Positions 1 to 13,200 of a DNA stretch of 64,000 nt are shown here, one piece after another. Where the stretch lies: assembly GCA_041916695.1 (NCBI GenBank), contig JAYRZA010000013.1, forward strand, positions 34,990 to 98,989, in the 5' to 3' direction. A program made the translations under genes and the position numbers. How positions within the stretch are numbered: position 1 is the stretch's first letter; every line of letters begins with the position of its first letter. A model generated the notes under the pieces. That model was not told the DNA's origin. It made no database searches and was given only the letters and a program-made list of their open reading frames with translations. The DNA comes from Devosia sp. (GTDB lineage Bacteria > Pseudomonadota > Alphaproteobacteria > Rhizobiales > Devosiaceae).

Positions 1-1270
1 AACTCGGTCCAGGCGCTCACCAGCGCGACCAGATCGCCACCCTCGAAATTGGTAACGCCGTTGTCACCGATGATGACGTTGTTGCCATCTCCGGCGGTCA
101 GCCTGTCGCTGCCCGAGCCGCCGAGCAGGATGTGATCGCCATCGACGATGACGATCTCGTCGTCGCCATAGTCGGCCTCGGCCATTGTCTGGACGATCTG
201 CCGCACGCCATCGCTGGTGTAGAGCGCAAGGCCGTTGTCACCGAGGATAACGCTGGTGCCGGTGCCGGCGGTGATGCTGTCGCCACCATAGCCGCCGAAG
301 ACGATGTTCTTCCCGGCTCCGGCGCGAATGGTGTCCCTGGCTCCCTTGTTGGTTGCCGTGGATTCCACCCGGATGACGATGCCGGCGGCGAAGAAGGCCG
401 CGCCGTTGTCGCCCAGCAGCGTGTCAGCCTCGTCACCGGACGTGATGTCGTCCTCGCCGGAGCCGCCGATGACGATATTGCGGCCGGCGCTGGTGGTGAT
501 GGTGTCCTTGCCGCCATTGTCGACAAAGGTGCTGATGATCACCTCGACGCGCGCCTCGTCATCGAACATGACCAGGCCGTTGTCGCCGAGCACGACATCG
601 CCGGCATTGCCCGGGTCGACACCGGGATCCCCGGCGACGACGTCGAGAATGTCGTCGTCGCTGCCGCCGACGACGATGTTGCGCAGGTTGCCCAGGACCG
701 GCGCGCCGATGAAGGTGGTGATGTGGTCCTTGCCACCAAAGCCCGGATCGATGCTCTCGATCTGGGTTGGCTTGCCGTCCTCGAAGTCGGCAACGCCGTT
801 GTCGCCGAACAGGATGTCCTGACCACCGAGGCCCTTGATGGTGTCTGCGCCGGTACCGCCGAAGACGATATTGCGGCCTTCCTTGGCGTCGATCTCGTCA
901 TCGCCGCCCACCGAGGTATTGGTGGTCTTGACCTGGACGACCTCGCGGAAGGTCATCATGTCGAGGACGCCTTCCAGCATATCCTCCTGGCTGATGATGC
1001 CGTGGTCGCCGATGATGACGTCGATGTTGGCGCCGCCGGTGATGGTGTCGGCGCCCGCTGTGTCGGCGTCGTCGTCGATGATCACCGTACGCAGCAGGTA
1101 GTCGACGTCGAAGGCGCTGTCGCCGATGATCCAGTTGGTGCCGACACCGCCGGTGATGAGATCGTCACCGGTGCCGCCGGCCATGAAGCTGGTCGACTGT
1201 CCGCCGAGAAGGTCATCGACGCCGGCACCGCCGTCGACGACGACGATGCCCTTCGCTCCGGACGCATCCA
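1..1270 (-). repeat. RTX/beta-roll-like Gly-Asp nonapeptide repeats (GGxGxDxUx) inside the giant ORF; the block continues past the window edge
   Basis: Motifs read directly: LLGGSGSDRLT (97-129), FGGYGGDSIT (270-297), VIGGSGEDDIT (440-472), FGGTGADTIK (833-865), MAGGTGDDLIT (1152-1184), VDGGAGVDDLLGG (~1200-1245). Each is followed about 10-15 aa later by a GDNG/GDxG turn. Confidence 0.8.
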
Positions 1271-4200
1271 GCACATCGTTGCCGTAGATGTCGAAGCGGT
1301 AGGCCGACCCATCGGGCGTCAGGGGCACCGAGTTGTAGCGCAGGCCGTTCGCCGACGTATCGCCGAACAGGACCACCGGGCCGAGGCTGTCGAGTACTGT
1401 CAGACGGTCCCCGACAATGCCGCCCGCGTCAATCTCGGGCCCGCTCAGTGCGCGGTTGCCGCCGCCATGCACCACGGTGAGGGTGGTGGCCAGGGTGCCG
1501 TCGATCTCGAAGGTATCGTTGCCCTCGCCCAGCAGGACCTCGACGACGCCGAAGTTGGTGTAGGTGATGCCGCGGTCGAAGTCCTTGAAGACGTTGTTGC
1601 CCAGGTTCGCGGTCAACTGTCCGCCCGGCATGTTGAGGCCGGTAATGCGGGTTTCGGTCAGCAGCCCGGTGGTGTCGGCCTGCACCGTGTCGGAGAACAC
1701 GTTGAGCCGGTCGAGGTCGTCTTCTGCATCCGTGTCGACGTCGCGGATCACTGCAGGGTTGAGTTCGCCCGGCAGGACTACCGCACGCGTGATCGAGCGA
1801 TCGCTCGGACCCACACCACCTTCGACAAAAAGCGGTCCCTGGATGGAAACGAGATCGTGCGGCTGCTGCGAGAACACGCGCTGGTTCTGGGTCGAATTCG
1901 ACCCGGTCGCGTCATACTCCAGCGTCACGGTGACCGGCGTCGACCAGTTGGCACTGGTGAAGACGACGTAGAAACCGCTGGCGTCCTGAAGCACGCTGCC
2001 GCCGACGACTGGCTTGGCCTTGCCATCGACGACGATGTTGACCCTGACGTCCGCCGTCGGCAATGCCGTCAGCACCATCTGGTAGGTGTCGGTCTGGCCT
2101 GCCTGGGAGACGCTGGTGAAGCCGTCGCTCTCGATGATTTCCACACCGGGCGTGGCGGCGTCGATGACTTCGACCTGCACGAGTTCGCTGTCCACCGCAG
2201 AGTATAGTCCACCCGTCGACGACACGTCATGCAGGATCGGAGAGACGTAGCGGTTGGCGATGCCATCATTGACCGATGACACTTGCACGGTCTGCGCGTC
2301 GTCCCACTTGAAGACCCCTGCCCCCGCGACTGCGCCGAACTTCAGTTCCGTCGTCGAAAGCGTCAGCCCCGTCCCGGGCTGCAGGGTGACCGTGACGGTC
2401 TCGCCGGGCGCCGGAGCACGACTCAGAGAGACTTCGTAGCTGTCGGACGCGCCGTTCTCGAAGACCTGCGTGTTGCCCGCGCTCTCCGTGATGACCACGG
2501 CCGGCTTGTCGTCGTCACCGACGGTAACCAGTACGTTACCGATATCGAAGCCCTGGTAGGCCGGATCGGTGGTCACGACGGAGTGGGATACGGCAACAAC
2601 GGCCTTCCCCTCCTCGCCACTGTCCGACTCTGCCTTCACGAAGATCGTCTGGCCGGCAGCGTAGTTCGCCTGCGTGAACTCAACCGTCACCGCGGCGGCA
2701 AAGTTGACCCCGTCGAGGGAGACGAGAACCGTCTTGCCCGGGCCGCCCGGGCGCGACCGCGTGAGGGTCGAGGCCTGCGCGGCAGACACCGTGACGAAGG
2801 CCGAGGCGCCTACCGCCGGAGCATCCGGCAGGGTCAGCTTGTAGCTGTCGATCGACAGCGGGTCGTCTTCCTGCACCGACAATCCGTCGCCGGTGTCCAG
2901 AGAGGCACCGGTCGTGGCGCCCGTGGCGGTCAAGTCGAGCCCCCTGACGAACATGCCATTGTAGCGCAGATCGCCGCTCTGAACGGTGTGGCTGATCGCG
3001 CCCTGGCTGCCGTCATTGTCGGCAACCACCGTCTTGGTCACATCGCCGGCAATGTTGAAGGTGTCAGAACCCAGCCCGCCGATGATGGTGGTCACGACGT
3101 CGGCGGCGGTGGACAACACGTAGAACGTGTCGTCGCCCTCGAGACCGTCCACCTCCATCGCCTCGGCGTTGGACATGCGGACCGTCAGGCCGGCGCCATA
3201 TACGCCGTCCTTGGTGACTACGAACACATCGGCGAACTCGGTGCCCAGAACGACGATCTTGTCGAAGCCGGCACCGCCATCGATGTCGACGGGAGCGTTG
3301 ACGTTGTACTGGATCAGGTCGTCGCCGCCACCGCCATTCAGCTTGACCTTGGTGCCGTCGCCGAGGGCGAACGCCCGGATGACGAATTCGTCATTGTCGT
3401 CCTCGCCCTCGAGACGCAGGTCGGCATGGTTGGAGTAGACGACGAAGCGGTCTTCGCCCGAACCGCCGTAGAGCACCGCCGGCAGGCTGATGCCCAGCGA
3501 CAGGAAGCCGAACGACACCGGGATGGTTTCGAAGCGGTCGGCAACCGACTCGATGGCGAAGACGCCCTCGGTCGCGGCATCGCGCGAGGTCGCGAACAGC
3601 TGGCCAACCTGGAAGAAGTCATCTCCCTGGCCACCGTCGACCGTCATGATCGCCGAGTTGTCGTCGAAGTAGAAGCTGTCGTCGCCGCCGAGGCCTTCGA
3701 CGATGACGCGGCCATTGACCGCGGAGGTATAGTTGATGCGTTCGAACGCGTCGAGATAGCCGCCTGCGCCATCCTCACGCAGATTGGCGATCATTCCGCT
3801 GCGCATCAGGAAGGTGTCGGCGAGCGCCGTGCCCTCGACGGTGAGGACATCGAGCGCGTCGAGGCTGCTGCCGGTATCGACGACGTTGATGACGTAGTCG
3901 GACGTTGCGCCCTCGATGTTGATGATGGTGTGGTCGCTGCCGTCCTGGCCATCAATGGTCAGTTCGTCACGCAGTTCCCTGCCCTGCCCGTCCTTGGCAA
4001 AGCCCGCGACAATGACGCCCTGATAGGTGTTCATCGTGGGCAGCTTGTCGACGGTCACGACGTCGTCGCCGCCTCCACCATTGACAAAGGTATTGCCCTG
4101 TAGCGCGACCACATCGATCAGCACCGTATCGGCCTGGCCGCCGCCATTCAGCGTTATGACCGGGGCGTGGAGGGTGCCGAGGAGCTCGGCATTTCCGCCC

Positions 4201-7200
4201 AACGCATCGGGATCGAGTACCGCAGTCGCCTGGTAGTCGATTGCCATCAGGATACTCACGTCGGAGTCGATGACCGCACCGTGCTCGATCAAAAGGTCGT
4301 CGCCGGCAAGCAGGCGAATCTGCCCGGTGGCCTCGAGGGTAACGCCCGACAGCACGGTGATATCGTCCGGCAGGTCGTCGTCACCCAAGCCACTCAGTTC
4401 GTTGTCGTCTTCGGCCCAGAACTCCAGGTCGCCTGCATGGGCGATGCTGCTTTCCTTGATCAGGATGGGGCTGGAGGCCATGACGGACACTTTTCCGCCG
4501 GCGCTGACGCCCGACGACGAAGCACGCACGTCGCCGACGATCAGTCCGCCCAGATTGAGAATGTAAGTGTTCCCCGCCTGTGCGGTCGCCTCCAGGTTGC
4601 CGACCTCGGTCGTGACCCGACGAGAACTCGTGCCGACGTTCTGCGACGCCGACAGGTAGGTCATGCGCGAGACGATGTTGCGCTGGTCTGCCTCGTTGAG
4701 GGCGCGGGCATTCAGGATGCTGCCGCTGAGCGCAACGAGGAAGGCCTGCGGGCGGAAATCGTTGGCACCATCCACAGTCGGCGTCCCGACCTGGTCGAGG
4801 TTGAGATCGCCGACGGTCTCGACGAGGAAGATGCTCTCGATGTCGGTGAAGGCCCGGACCTTGCCATCTCCGGAGGCCGACGAGTTGACTTCCAGTTCGT
4901 TGTTGGACCGCCCGATCGCCGTCTTGGCGTAGAGGCTGATGCTGCGTCCGATGATGTCGGCGCCGGCCTGCGGGGGCACCGGATCCCCTGGATTGACCAC
5001 CCCGACATATTCGGCGTCGAGGAGGGAGCCGAGTATCGCCTCGAGGTAGACATCCCCAGCAGTAGAGGCGACGCGGCGGACATACATGTCCCCTTCGGTC
5101 TCCCTGAGAGCGACATCGCCGCCGGCATTGGCAACAATGGTGCCCAGAGTGGATGGATCGGTGGGGTCGTTCGAGTAGGTACCGGTAACGTTGATCTCGA
5201 GCAGATCGGTTGCGGACCCGATGGACCCACCAGCGCTGAGGGAGATGAAGTTGGCGCGGATCTTTTCGGAGTCGGTGCCGAGAGCATCGAGTATCGAGCC
5301 TAGGGTCGCATCCAGGAAGACGTCGCCGGAGCGCGAGTAGATCGAGTCGACGAGCAGATCGCTGCTCGGCGCGGTCAGTCGAATGTCGTCGGTGGCCCGG
5401 GCCACTAGGCTGCCGCCAGCGAACATGGACAGGGTGATGGCCCTGTTCTCGCCGATGCCCGCATCGCCGGCCTCAAGCACAATGTCAGAGCCCGTGATGT
5501 TGATGCCGTTCCCGGCCAGACCGTTGACGAGTGCGCCCTTTGCCTTGAGGCGCACGGCTTCGCCGCTGCCGGCGGCGATGGTTCCGAGTTGCATACCCCC
5601 AGTGGTGCCGAGATAGATCGACCCGCCGGCCGTCGCGTCGATCAGTCCCGCCGTTACGACATCGACGTCGTCACGGCGGCTGACGATGATCTTGGTGATT
5701 GTGACGCCGACCGCCGTTGGGTCGAGCTCGACATTGGCCACGTCGACGACGCGGTTGAACTCGGTGGCAAAAGTCTGTCCGTCGATGAGATGCACGGTAT
5801 CGCCCGAAACGGAAGCGACTGTGAAGTAGCGCCCCTCCTCGGTCTTGTTGGTCGTCGCGCCGGCAATGTAGATGATGTCACCATCACCAAAGCCCGCCCA
5901 GCCCCCGGTCGTGGTGATGACGCCGTGGTTCCCGACATTGGTGAACGTCGCGACGATCCCCTGCCTCAGGACGCTCGCGTAGACGATGTCCTGGCGCTCC
6001 GCCGCTGCGATCGCGACGCGCTCGTCGTCCGTCAGGTTGGGCACGGTCTGGCCGTTACCCAGGTCGATGATCAGTTCCCGATCAACCTTGCCGATATTGG
6101 CGGATGTAATCAGCTCAATCGATGACGCATTGATGTTGCTGGCTTCGATGACCGTCTCCGTCGAGGTCACCGGCTTCATGACGCCCGAACCGAAGGCGAA
6201 AAGCAGTTCCTGTTCCGTCCAGACCTTGATCGAAGACGTCAGCTCGGAGGCAACGCTGCCGATCGCGAACAGATACTTCATCTGCGTCGGCGAGCTGTTG
6301 ACGGCGTTCGCAGGAATCGTCCGATCGTAGTGTATGGCGCTTTCGTTCAGGCGTCCGAACATGAGTTCGAGATCGTCAGCATTCCGGGCGTCGATGTTGG
6401 CGGCGACATACGCGGCCACTAACAGGTCGAGGTCGTTCACCAATGGGGTAGCGGCCTGACTGTTGGCGGCCAGCGCATCGGCGACGACCTCAGCCTCGAC
6501 CTCGGCCATTTCAGCGTCCGACAGTGGGTGGCCGAGCAAGGTCTCCTGCGCGATGACGGCGGCGTCCAGGTTCGCCGCCAGATAGTCCGCGACAAACAGG
6601 TCGAGCTCGTTGCGCAGGGGCGTGGCAAGCAAGGCATTGGCGGCCAGCGCGTCGGCAGTGAGAAGTTGCGTGAGGGCCTCGATTTCGAACTGGCTCATGA
6701 CCACCGGCTGTGCGGTCCGGTATGCCCAGTACTGGGCGTAAGCCACGTCGATGTTCAGGCGCTGCACCTCGCCGTAGCCGGCGTAGTCCGCCGCGAGGTC
6801 GAGGTACTGCGCCGTCCGGGACGCCTCCAGTGCCGCGATCGCGTCTGCCGCAGCCTGACCACCACCGTAGAATGCCGTGTAGTAGGCGACCTCCTGGGCC
6901 GTCAGGTGCACCGAGGTGCCGTCGAACTGGTTCTTCAGCGTCCAGTAGGTCTGGTACTCTTGGCGCTTCCAGTTCTCATAGCCGGTGAGGGTGTCGGCAA
7001 TCTTTTGCTGAGCGCCCGATCCGTCGGTCAGCTGCAGGTCGCTCCACAGGCCGGCCAGCAGCTCCTCGCGGACGCGGAGGTCCTTTTGCACGGTGAAGTC
7101 GGCATCGACCAGCGATCCGGCATCCACCTTGAGATAGACGTCGCCCAGTGTGGTGGCGAAGACCAGTCGCATGTCCCCGGCGGTTTCGCGCACCGAGATG

Positions 7201-10200
7201 TCGCGGACCGCAAGGAGGCTCACGCGGTGCTCAGGCAGCACCCCGGAATTGATCAGCAGCGGGCGGGCTGCGCCCTGGCCAATACCACCCAAGGCGCCAT
7301 TGGGGAGTGATGTCGAGCGATCTGCGGCCAGATCAATCGAGTTGCCGGTCACGAGACCGGTCGCGAACACGCCAGGCGACGTTTCGGCCGCCAGGATACC
7401 CGACTGGGCGACCAGGACCACGTTGCCCCGCGCGGCCGCAACCGTTCCGATCTGCATGTCGCCGGAGATTTCGCGGAGGTAGACGCCGCCATTGCTGGAC
7501 GACGCGGACACCACTGCGAAGGTCGGCGCGATCGACCCGGCACCCCTGAAGTCGGCAGGATAGAAATCAACTAGGTCGATGCGGAGCGGCAGAATATCCT
7601 GCAGAGTTCCCCAAGTCGTGGCTGCGCCGATCACGCCATCGCTGCCGATGTCGTCCCTGGCGGCGAGCTCGATGCGAACGCCCTGCACCACAGAGGTCGC
7701 GTTGGTCGACTTGATCTCCGAGTTGGAGCTGATCTTGGTCAGGCCGGTGTCGTTGAGTATCCCGCCCTTGACGAGAACATCGCCGGCTCCGCGAGAATCG
7801 ATCTCGACCCTGGCCTCGTCGTAGCCAGTGAACTTGATCGCCACAGGCCGATCGGCCTCGATGGTGTGCGTGCCGTTTTCCTGGGTCTTCTCGACGACCT
7901 TGACTTCCTTCCGGTAGTCCTTGGTGCCGTACCAGTGGCTGACAGTCGGCAGGTCGCGGGTGTAGGTCCGTGGCGTGGCCAGGGCGTAGTCCCACGACAA
8001 GTAGGTGTGCGCCGGATCGGTAGAATTGGCAACGTCGCTGGCATCCCGATAGTAGTAGATGCTGTTGTCGATCAGCGTCGGCTGGCCGATGACCTCGACG
8101 ATCGGGCCCTTCGTGATCGGCCCCGGATCGGCGGCAAAGGCGTCGATGCCCAGCCACTTGGACGTGGTATGCACGGTCGTGGTGATGGTCTGCGTGATCT
8201 GGCCGACGGTGTAGCCATAGCGCCAGCCTTCCTGCGGCTGGTAGCTGAAGACCTCGTTGAAGGCCGCTGCCCCGTTGAACGTCGGGGGATTGGTGATCAT
8301 GCTGCCGGCAACCAGCACATAGTCCTTCGAGAACGGGCGGTTGCCGACTGCCGCCGGCTCGGTTGACGGAGTGGTGACCAGTTCCCACGAGGAGGTCCGG
8401 ACCGTGACGGTGCCGTCCGGATTGGTCTGGTACCAGGTTTGGACGTAGCCGCCGTTGGTTCCCTTGGCCGTGTCGTTGAGGATGATCGTTCCGGCGCCAC
8501 GGTCGGTGACGTCGATCCTTTCGATCAGCACATCCCAATCGGAGCGGTTTACCACCGTGACGTGAACATACCCGCCCAGTGCCTCGATGGAACCATTGCC
8601 CGTATTGAGCAGCTTGCCGGTGATCGTGATCGACCCGCCGGGAACCCGGAACTCCTCGATGACGATGCGCTTTTCCTTGGCGTCCCAGAAGGCGTTGAAC
8701 GAGTCGGTCGAGGCGGTGGTCAGCAGATAGCGCTTGAGGGCGTGAGGCTTGCTCTCGATGGTGTTGATTTCATTGATCGTCGCGGCACCGATATCGAGCA
8801 CGTAGTCCTTGCGCCCGCTGGTCAGGGCACCATTGAGGTTCACGTATTCCGCGTTGATCGAAATGCGGTTCGCGCTCAGACCGGGCTTCGGGGCATCATC
8901 GAGCAGGTCGGTCACGGCCTGCGCCGAGGTGACGTCGCCGACACCGCCGGAAGTCGAGATGCTCCTCCAGTCGGAGAACGGGCTGCCGCCCGACTCGTAG
9001 ATGCTGCCGGGGGGCAGGTCGATGACGACAAAACCCTTCGTGAGAACTTCCAGCGACGCGCTGGAGATCTCGGCGTTGATGGTGATGTCGCCCGATCCCA
9101 GCCTTGCGTCGATCAGCACGTCCGCCGTAATCGCATCGATCTCGCCCGAGACCACGATGCCCGGCCACGGATCCTCGACATCCTGTCGGATCCAGGTGTT
9201 CTTGATGTCGATCCTAGCGGCGACCGCGGTACCGGTCGTCGGCGTGATTGTCAGGTTGGTGAACCCTGCGACATAGAGGTGCTCGATGGCGCCGAAGTCG
9301 TCGACGTAGTCGTTCTTGGCCTCGACATTGTCGGCGTTGGCGGCAACCACGGCGGCATTCGCCTCGGCCGAGGTGTCGGCTTTCGACACCTCGTTCTGGA
9401 ACCCGTTGAAGAACACCCCGCCGTTGTTTGCCGGGATGGTGATTCCGCGAACCTCGAGGAACGCCTTGGTCTGGTTGTCGATGGTAACCGTGACGTTGCC
9501 CGGCGCATCGAGAGTCCCGGTGCCCTCCAGCACATCGGCGTGGACATAGATGTAGCCCGCAGCCGCATAGATCGGGTCAACGACAACCGTCAGCACCGTC
9601 TTCTCAAGCGGAATGACGATCAGGTCGCCGGTCGAGGGCTCGGTCTGCAGTTCAGCGAGGCCAAGGAACTCCAGTTCCCGAGCAAGCCGCTCGATCTCGG
9701 AGTTCCAGAACGCCTGGAGGGTCGCGTCATTTTCATAGCGGTCGCGCTGGATGTAGGCCTTTTCCAGTTCATCGCGGTAGTTCGACTGCAGCGTGGCCAC
9801 CGCCAGAGTGACATTGACAGTGGTCGGGATGGTGCCGACGATCTGCACATTGGTCGGGGCGCCACCCGGCTGAGCCGGCGGATCGGCGATGATGTCCTCG
9901 ATGACGATATTCACGAAGCGATTGAGGCCCGTGCGGATCGTTCCGTCGACGTGGACAATGGATTCTGCCTGCGAATCGCCGTGGCTGTAATAGGTCTCGG
10001 CGCCGCCGAGCAGCTTGTTGAGGCCGTCCGACGCTCCGGTGGCCCAGTTGCGGGTCTTGCCCTGCGAGACGATCTCGGCCAGTGCTTCGTGGTCAGCGAG
10101 CAGCATCACGTTGCCACCGGTCTCTACGGCGGCAGTCTGCATCAACGTGATGTGGTTGGTGATGAACAGCAGGCTGTCCACCTTCAGGGAGTCGATCGGG

Positions 10201-13200
10201 ATGAGGCTGCCGGCGAGCGTATCCGCATAGGTGCGGATGACGTACTCGTCATAGTTGAAGTCCTCGTCCATGCCGGCCAGCATCAGCACATCGCGCAGCG
10301 CGTACAGCGTCGCATGGCGGCCGACGATGATATCGTTGGTCGGATTGACCTCGACAACGGCGTCGGCAACCGACACGGTGACGCCGCCGTAATTATCGAC
10401 GCTGACCGCAACCCTGACGTCGGCGGCACTGTTGGCCCGAAGGGCGATTTCACCCGTGCTCCGCAGCAGGACGTTGGCGTCAGTGGTCGCCGGGCTGGTA
10501 CCAATCTGAACGCGTGCGACGACATCCTTGGCGTCCAGCGTGCTCGAGGCACCGATGCCGGATCCGACCCCGCCGCCCTTGAACGCTACCGTCTCGTGAA
10601 AGACGATGTTGTTGAAGGCGGACAGATCGATGCCGCCGTTGTCAGCCGACGTGCCGTTGAGCATCACGCTGGCCCCGTTCTCGACGACGGTCAGCGTGGT
10701 GAGGTTCAGGTCGGTGACGCTGTCGATACCGGCTACCGTGATGGCGCCACCGGCGGTGCCGTCCATGTTGGTGCCGATATTGTCCTTGATGAAGTTGTTG
10801 ACCGAAGCCGCGGAGACGTCTGCGGCGATGATCTCGGCGCTGTCGCCGATCCGGGCAGTGCTGCTGGCGTTGACAACATTGTCCGACTCCGTTCCGGAGC
10901 CCGAAATCGCGCCGTAGGCACTGGTCTGGATCGAGGTGTTTGCCTTCGTGGTCTGCTCGGAGGTGAGATCGAGTCGCCCGAGCAACCCGGCTGCAGTGTT
11001 GCGAAGCAGCAGAATGCTGGCACCGCTGCCGATCGCGGCCTCGGAGGTCACGTTGGCCGTCGTATCGACTTCGCCGGCCGCGATGCCGACAAGTCCGCCG
11101 GCACCCGGGCTCACCGACCCATAGTTGTCGTCGTTGCCGCTGGCGCTGACCTCGAGGTCACCGGCCCAGACGGTGACATCGGAGGCGATGTTGGCCGTGG
11201 TAGTCGACAGAGACGACGCATTGGCAATGGTCGCACCGACGGCCACGAGACCGTATGCGGCGCTGTCGGAGAGAGCCCGCTGCTTGCTGTCGCCTCGAGC
11301 CGCCACAGTCACCGTGCGACCGGCGACGACAACAGTGCCGAGGCCGAGAAGGGCCGCAACCGTACCATTGTGAGTCGCGTTGGTGACGGTTGCATCGGTG
11401 CCGATGAGGGCACCGACAATGCCTTCCGCACTGGCATAGGCGGTGTCACCGTTGCGCGACTCTTCGGCGCGGATCGCCAGGTCTTCGACGGTCAGGAGCG
11501 ACCCGGTGGCGCCCGCGGTTGAGGACACGGTGACAACGGTGTTGGCCTTCGAGACACCCACGCCGATGGCGCCGCCCGTAGCGGCCTGTGTCGAGCCGCT
11601 GGCCGACGGCGTGACGCGTGAGTGGATATCCACGTCCCGCGCGCCGAGGGTCGTTCGATCGATGCGCGCGTTGGCCCGTGCGTCGATGGCCGCCTGGGCA
11701 TCCAGCCCGGCGACCGCCATGCTGAAGAGGCCGGCCGCGACTGTCAGTGCACGGTTGGTGGCCGTAGCGGTAATCGTGTTGACAGCGTCGACGACGACGT
11801 CGCCATTCACCGCCAGTTCGCTGTCCTCGATGTAGGCATCGGATGAAGTGAGTACCGAGTTCAGGGACTTGGCGCCGCCACCGGCGAGGGTCGGACCGAT
11901 ACTGAGGTTGACCGAGACCGATGCCAGCTCAGAGGTCGCGGCCAGCGTGGTGGCCTGCGAGGAAGTGATGCTGATCTTCCCGGTTCCATAGTGATAGACC
12001 GGGTTGGGTTGCACCTGGGTGGTGTAGATATACTGATCCGGGGTCTTCACAACGTCGCCCGTCACCATGACGTTGGTGGCGTTGTCCACATAGGCAGACA
12101 CCGACGAGCGAGCCGCGTTCTCGGCCTCGGTCACGGCAATGGTGAGGGTGCCGCCGAAGGCGCCCGCCGCACCGGCGATCGACGCCGCTCCAGCGTAGCC
12201 CGTCAGGCTCATTGTGTCATTGGCGGCGATTTCGATGTCGGCCGCCCTGATCTGGGTACCGTCGTCATCAATGAAAGCCCGGGTGACCACGCCCGCGCGG
12301 TTCATGGTCGAAGCTCCAGCGCCGGCCACCGCGACACCCACGTAACCGCCGGCGACCGCGACGGAACCGGCGATGACCCTCGCCGTAACCGTTTCAGTCG
12401 AGTTCGCGGAGATGGCGAGATTGCCGTAGCTGTCGACCTTGGTGTTTCGAAGCGAGGCCTCGGTCAGCAGCGGCTTGTAGGTGCCAGAGAGATCGTAGCC
12501 GATATAGTTGCGCGCGATGCCGACGCCGATCGAGGCCGCAACACCGACGCCGCCAAAGGCGGCCGAGCCGGCGACCGCGAGAATTTCCGCTTCGATGGTG
12601 GCGTTGCTGGTGGCGGCAACTGTGATGTTCGCGCCGGAATCGAGGATGCTGTTCGAGGCCTGGGCCGTGGTCGTGCCGACGGTGTCGTCGAGATTGGAGT
12701 CCCCAATGATCATGTTGAGGGCGACGGCGCCGCCGCCAGCAACCGAGACACCGGCCACGCCGGCGCTGATGGCGATCGCCGCAGCCGCAGCGGTGGCATC
12801 GATCGTGGCTGCAGATGTGGCCCGTATCTCGATCGTTCCGGGCGTTGCTGCCGGAGGAATGACGCCGGACGTCGGACGCACGACCAGATCGGTCACAGCG
12901 ATGTCGGCATAGGCGGCCGAAGCGGCCACGGTGTTGGCGATGGTGTTCTTGGCGACGGCGATGCCGACGCTGACGCCCACTCCGGCACCGCCGAACCCTG
13001 CCGTCAGCGCAGCTGCGCCGGCAAGGGCCGTTATGATCGACGTGTCCGAGGCGGTGATCTTGACGTCCGTAGCTCGCAGTGTCGAAAGGTCGCCGGATAC
13101 GCCCGAAACCTGGGCCAGCGTGGACACCCCGATCAGGTTCTCGACGTAAACGCCCGCACCGGCGACGGCCACCCCGGCAACGCCGGCCGCAACGGCACCC

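Noticed and set aside
7567-8538. 323-aa minus-strand ORF in an alternative frame inside the giant gene
   Set aside because: It lies in a different frame from the continuous ORF. Its Arg/Gly/Pro/His-rich composition is typical of off-frame GC-rich translation. It overlaps a region where the main frame encodes well-formed aromatic-rich sequence.
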